From Thermoanaerobaculales bacterium (GTDB lineage Bacteria > Acidobacteriota > Thermoanaerobaculia > Thermoanaerobaculales > Sulfomarinibacteraceae), in NCBI GenBank assembly GCA_029287235.1, contig JARFRM010000094.1, forward strand, positions 1 through 18,858: a stretch of DNA of 18,858 nt, given 5' to 3'. The notes beneath the pieces were generated by a model, which saw nothing but the letters and a program-made list of their open reading frames with translations, did no database searches and was not told where the DNA came from. Shown here one piece after another: positions 15,671 to 18,858 of this stretch; the stretch's first letter is position 1; each line of letters opens with the position of its first letter. The translations under genes and the position numbers were made by a program.

Positions 15671-15821
15671 CGTCGCCTCCACCGCGCATTCTACCCAGAT
15701 CCCTGCGAGCTTTTGTCACCCCAACGTCATTCGCCTCTCGGGACGGTTTTTCGGAATGCGCACCGGACCCGCAATCGTTTCCCGTGCCGGCGGCCGGCAG
15801 CGGCTGCCCGGGAGAAAATCC

Positions 15822-16361
15822 ATGATCACCGTCATTTCAGGTACGAATCGACCTCAGAGCAACACCGCCAAGGTCGCCGGCCTTGCCGTCGAAGGTCTGC
15901 ATCAAGCCGGCGAGGAGGCCGAAATCCTCGATCTCACCGAGCTTCCCATCGAGCTCTTCGAGGGTGCGAGCTACGGCGAGAAGCCGGCCGCCTTCGCCCC
16001 CTTCCAGGAGGCCATCCTCGCCACCCACGGGATCCTCACCGTGATCCCCGAGTACAACGGCGCCTGCCCGGGGATCATGAAGTACTTCATCGACATGCTG
16101 CGCTTCCCGGACAGCCTCTATGAGAAGCCGGTGGGGTTCATAGGACTCTCGGCCGGTCCCTGGGGGGCGGTGAGGGCGGTGGAGCAGATCGAGATGGTCT
16201 TCCAGTACCGTCACGCCCATCTCTTCGGGCGCCGGGTCTTTATCCCTCACGTCGGCACAGCGATCGGTGAGGACGGGCAGTTCGTCGACCCGGCGATGAA
16301 GCAGCGCTTCGCCGAGGCCCTGGAGAAGTTTGTCGACTTCTGCGGGCGCCTGAAGGACTGA
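15822..16361 (+). CDS. NAD(P)H-dependent FMN reductase family oxidoreductase
   Basis: ATG 15822 with GGGAGAAAA SD. MITVISGTNRPQSNTAKVA... matches the flavodoxin-like FMN_red N-terminal SGSxRxxSxT signature. The track start at 15756 has no SD. Confidence 0.8.
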   Translation: MITVISGTNRPQSNTAKVAGLAVEGLHQAGEEAEILDLTELPIELFEGASYGEKPAAFAPFQEAILATHGILTVIPEYNGACPGIMKYFIDMLRFPDSLYEKPVGFIGLSAGPWGAVRAVEQIEMVFQYRHAHLFGRRVFIPHVGTAIGEDGQFVDPAMKQRFAEALEKFVDFCGRLKD

Positions 16362-16474
16362 CCAGCGACTTGAAACGCCTCATGTGATAGGGTCCACCGG
16401 TCCGGAATGACGGCCTGGTGCCTGCCTGTTCCGGCTATCATGGGTCGGTCAATCGAGCCGGCCATGGAGGCAAA

Positions 16475-17047
16475 ATGATCACATTCACCGACGAAGCGAA
16501 AACCAAGATCGGCGAGTATGTGGAGAAGATCGACGGTTGTCTCGGGGTCCGCATCGTGGCCCGCCGCCTCGGCCAGCACCGGTTCAACTACGACATCACG
16601 CTGGTGACCGAAAACGACACCAGCGATTCCGACGAGGTCACCGAGCTCGGCAGCTTCAGCTGCTACCTCGACTCCGACAGCTCCGCCAACCTCGAGGGCG
16701 CGACCGTGGATTGGGTCTCCGATCTCAGCGGCGCCGGCTTCAAGATCGACAATCCGCAGGCGGTCATCAGTTGGGACGACCCCATTGCGCAGAAGATCCA
16801 GCAGGTGCTCGACGACAAGGTCGCCCCCTCCCTCGCCGGTCACGGTGGCTGGGTCGAGCTGACCGCGGTCGAGGGCGACGCCGCATACATTCAGTTCGGC
16901 GGCGGGTGTCAGGGTTGCGGGATGTCACAGGTGACTCTCAAGGAGGGCATCGAGACCACCATCCTCGCCGAGGTCCCCGAGATCAAACGGGTGCTCGACG
17001 GCACCGACCACGAATCCGGCACCAACCCTTACTACCAGAGTGGTTGA
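16475..17047 (+). CDS. nfuA: Fe-S cluster biogenesis/repair protein NfuA (degenerate A-type-carrier N-domain + Nfu C-domain)
   Basis: ATG 16475 with GGAGG SD. The C-terminal block LAGHGGWVELTAVEGDAAYIQFGGGCQGCGMSQVTLKEGIE...HESGTNPYYQ is nearly colinear with E. coli NfuA, including the CxxC motif. The N-domain lacks the three Cys residues, as in NfuA. Confidence 0.85.
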   Translation: MITFTDEAKTKIGEYVEKIDGCLGVRIVARRLGQHRFNYDITLVTENDTSDSDEVTELGSFSCYLDSDSSANLEGATVDWVSDLSGAGFKIDNPQAVISWDDPIAQKIQQVLDDKVAPSLAGHGGWVELTAVEGDAAYIQFGGGCQGCGMSQVTLKEGIETTILAEVPEIKRVLDGTDHESGTNPYYQSG

Positions 17048-17115
17048 GGATCCGGGCACCGGGAGTCTGCAGCGCATAGCGTCAGCGGCTCCTTTCGGGC
17101 GCCGATGGCAACCTC

Positions 17116-18315
17116 CTACCGGACCCACCCCGTGTTGTAGTCTCGATCCTCGATGACCCCGGCAAACTCGGTCGGCAACAGCGGCTTGAAGGTGTCGACC
17201 ATGACCGCCAGTTCGTTTGTTGTGGTGGTGCCGATCGAGGCCTCGTACGTCCCCGGGTGAGGCCCGTGCGGCAACCCGCGCGGATGGAGCGAGATCGATC
17301 CCGGCCCGACCCCTTTACGCGAGGTGAAATTGCCCTCGACGTAGAAGAGGATCTCGTCACAATCCGGTGAGGAGTGGGGATAAGGGCAGGGTATCGCGCC
17401 CTCGCCGAAGTCCACGACTCGTGGGACAAACGAACACACGACGTATCCCTCGCCGGCGAAGGTCGTGTGAATGGTGGGCGGCAGATGGATCGATGAGGTC
17501 TTGGGTTGAAAGGCGAGGATCGGGAAGGCAAAAGGCCAGAGCTGGCCATCCCAGCCCACCACGTCAAAGGGGTCGTGCGCGAGCTCCAACGCGGTGAGCC
17601 GACCGCCCGACTGCACGAGCAGCCGGCGCGACGCTTGAAGGGATTCAAGGCCGCCGTCGGGCCATGACGGCGGGACGAAATCGTGATGGGTGTAGGGCGC
17701 ATACATGGAGAGCTGGCCCTCGGGGCAGCGATACTGCTTGGGCACCCTCAGGGGCGAACGCCCTTCCATCATCATTAAATGAGCCGGACCATCGAGCACC
17801 CACCGGTGGGGCATGCCCTGCGGAACATAGACGTAATCATGCGGGTTGAAGGGAACCACCCCAAGAGGGCACTCGATCCGTCCTGATCCCGCATGGACGA
17901 AGGTCAGCTCGTCGCCGTCCGCATTGGCCACCAGAGTCGGATCAGATTCGGCAGGCCGGGACATCCACAGACCGAGATCAGGGTTGGCGACCATAAGCTT
18001 TCGTCCGAGGAATGGAGACCCGCCCACCGGCATACCTGTGGTCAGGAAATGGCAACGCCGCAACGGTCCCTCCCAGGAAGCCTCCGCCCATCCCGGGTGG
18101 AGGCCCAAATCCTCCTCCGATTCCACCCAGTGCGGCGGCTTTCGCTGCCAGGCAATGGTGTAGATGGATTCGAAGCCCGCCCGGGTGATGCAGTGCTCGA
18201 AGGTGAGCGAGCCGTCCACCTCGAAGACCGTGTGGGGCTTCTTCGGGATCTGACCACGCACAAGTCTGTGAATCATCTCAGGTCTCCCCAGGTGCCCAGT
18301 TTCCCATTGCACCAT
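17116..18315 (-). CDS. hmgA: homogentisate 1,2-dioxygenase
   Basis: C-terminal signature GSISLHPRGLPHGPHPG (HGD SLH...PHGP motif), N-terminal RxGxIPKKPHT motif, ~400 aa. Start is ambiguous: ATG 18315 (AGGAGG SD) or in-frame ATG 18276 (GGGGAGA SD). The track GTG 18348 is unlikely. Confidence 0.85.
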   Translation of the reverse strand: MVQWETGHLGRPEMIHRLVRGQIPKKPHTVFEVDGSLTFEHCITRAGFESIYTIAWQRKPPHWVESEEDLGLHPGWAEASWEGPLRRCHFLTTGMPVGGSPFLGRKLMVANPDLGLWMSRPAESDPTLVANADGDELTFVHAGSGRIECPLGVVPFNPHDYVYVPQGMPHRWVLDGPAHLMMMEGRSPLRVPKQYRCPEGQLSMYAPYTHHDFVPPSWPDGGLESLQASRRLLVQSGGRLTALELAHDPFDVVGWDGQLWPFAFPILAFQPKTSSIHLPPTIHTTFAGEGYVVCSFVPRVVDFGEGAIPCPYPHSSPDCDEILFYVEGNFTSRKGVGPGSISLHPRGLPHGPHPGTYEASIGTTTTNELAVMVDTFKPLLPTEFAGVIEDRDYNTGWVR

Positions 18316-18369
18316 TGCGGGCCTCCTAACGGGAAGGCCGGTAGCCACTCAACCCACAATGGTGCAATG
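18305..18369 (-). promoter_or_regulatory. 13-bp perfect inverted repeat CATTGCACCATTG / CAATGGTGCAATG with 39-nt spacer spanning the hppD-hmgA junction; encloses the AGGAGG SD and contains the first ATG of hmgA
   Basis: Read directly. Each arm is itself CAATG-gtg-CAATG. In the - strand transcript the arms can pair (13 bp), and the loop can further pair CCUUCC with the AGGAGG SD. Confidence 0.45.
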
Positions 18370-18386
18370 AGGAACGTGGCACCCCG

Positions 18387-18858
18387 TCACGATCCTGCGC
18401 CGGCCTCCAGCTGACGTTCCACCACTGCCCGCTGTTGCTGGTCGCGCTCGATGGACTCGAAGAGCGCGCGGAAGTTGCCCTCACCAAAACCGCGGGCGCC
18501 TTTGCGCTGGATGACCTCGTAGAAGAACGGCCCGGCGCTGCTGTCATCGTAGAGCAGACCGCCCTCGACCATGAAGATCTGCAGCAGGTAACGGTCACTG
18601 TCGCCATCGACGAGAATCCCCAGACGCCGGAGTTCATCGATGTTCTCTTCGAAGTTGGTCACCTTCTGTTGCGTGAGTCGCTCGGGCATCATGTCGTAAT
18701 ACGTCGAGGGGGTATCTAGGAACTCGATTCCGGTCCGACGGAGGTTCTCGACCGCAGGACCGATCACCGGAACGTGAAAGGCCACATGCTGAACACCCGG
18801 ACCGTTGTTGGCTTCGACAAAGGTGTAGATCTGGCTCGACTCGTAGTTTGGCGTAACC
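18387..18858 (-). CDS. hppD: 4-hydroxyphenylpyruvate dioxygenase, 5'-truncated by window edge (C-terminal ~155 aa present)
   Basis: ...GPGVQHVAFHVPVIGPAVENLRRTGIEFLDTPSTYYD...RYLLQIF...GPFFYEVIQRKGARGFGEGNFRALFESIERDQ is the conserved HPPD C-terminal barrel. The frame stays open to the window end. Around 18780-18785 the printed bases appear to carry one extra G relative to the track's frame, which I could not reconcile; I followed the track (MAFHVPV...). Confidence 0.8.
   Translation of the reverse strand, partial: VTPNYESSQIYTFVEANNGPGVQHVAFHVPVIGPAVENLRRTGIEFLDTPSTYYDMMPERLTQQKVTNFEENIDELRRLGILVDGDSDRYLLQIFMVEGGLLYDDSSAGPFFYEVIQRKGARGFGEGNFRALFESIERDQQQRAVVERQLEAGAGS

Noticed and set aside
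15684-15761. 8-bp inverted repeat GCGCATTC / GAATGCGC separated by 62 bp in the divergent promoter region between the tri-domain peptidase and the FMN reductase
   Set aside because: Short, widely spaced, and within GC-rich sequence where such matches are expected by chance.
17048-17115. Looked for a terminator between the convergent nfuA and hmgA genes
   Set aside because: Only short GC-rich partial complementarities (cggc/gccg) and no clean stem or U-tract. Nothing supportable.

Overview
High-GC (~63-65%) bacterial chromosomal segment, densely coding on both strands, with Shine-Dalgarno motifs (AGGAGG/GGAGA) in front of most genes. I support 17 protein-coding genes (2 cut by the window edges), one strong sigma70-like promoter with a palindromic operator, and one bidirectional terminator. 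I found no rRNA, tRNA, CRISPR array, integrase/transposase or obvious mobile-element boundary, and no recognisable defence or biosynthetic cluster. Left to right, the genes are:
- a 5'-truncated hypothetical gene
- a signal-peptide protein with a clear type II PI4-kinase-like (PI3K/PI4K catalytic fold) domain
- a YugP-like zinc metallopeptidase (- strand)
- a gntR(YtrA-type)-SPFH/stomatin-like-alkaline phosphatase operon
- a small SEC-C-motif protein and a long-form serine O-acetyltransferase (cysE)
- an 848-aa periplasmic-PDZ / polytopic-membrane / GAF / PP2C(SpoIIE-type) phosphatase
- on the - strand, a ~10 % methionine-rich secreted protein, an S9 prolyl-oligopeptidase-family serine peptidase (beta-propeller + GGSYGG), and a 1131-aa tri-domain M1/M61-like zinc aminopeptidase + M28 + C-terminal PDZ fusion
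- an NADPH-dependent FMN reductase and nfuA (+)
- the tyrosine-catabolism pair hppD(partial)-hmgA (- strand)
I judge the many long antisense ORFs in the six-frame track to be GC-driven artefacts. The most unusual items are:
- the exported PI4KII-like kinase-fold protein
- the PDZ-membrane-GAF-PP2C sensor phosphatase with a TTTCGC palindrome over its RBS
- the Met-rich periplasmic protein
- the M1-like/M28/PDZ peptidase fusion next to an S9 peptidase
- a 21-bp perfect palindrome filling the spacer of a consensus promoter in front of the gntR operon
- a long imperfect inverted tandem-repeat structure at 12162-12247
- a 13-bp perfect inverted repeat with a 39-nt loop that encloses the SD and the first ATG of hmgA
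I do not see a clearly novel multi-gene system and say so. These are architecture-level oddities worth checking, not a demonstrated new system.
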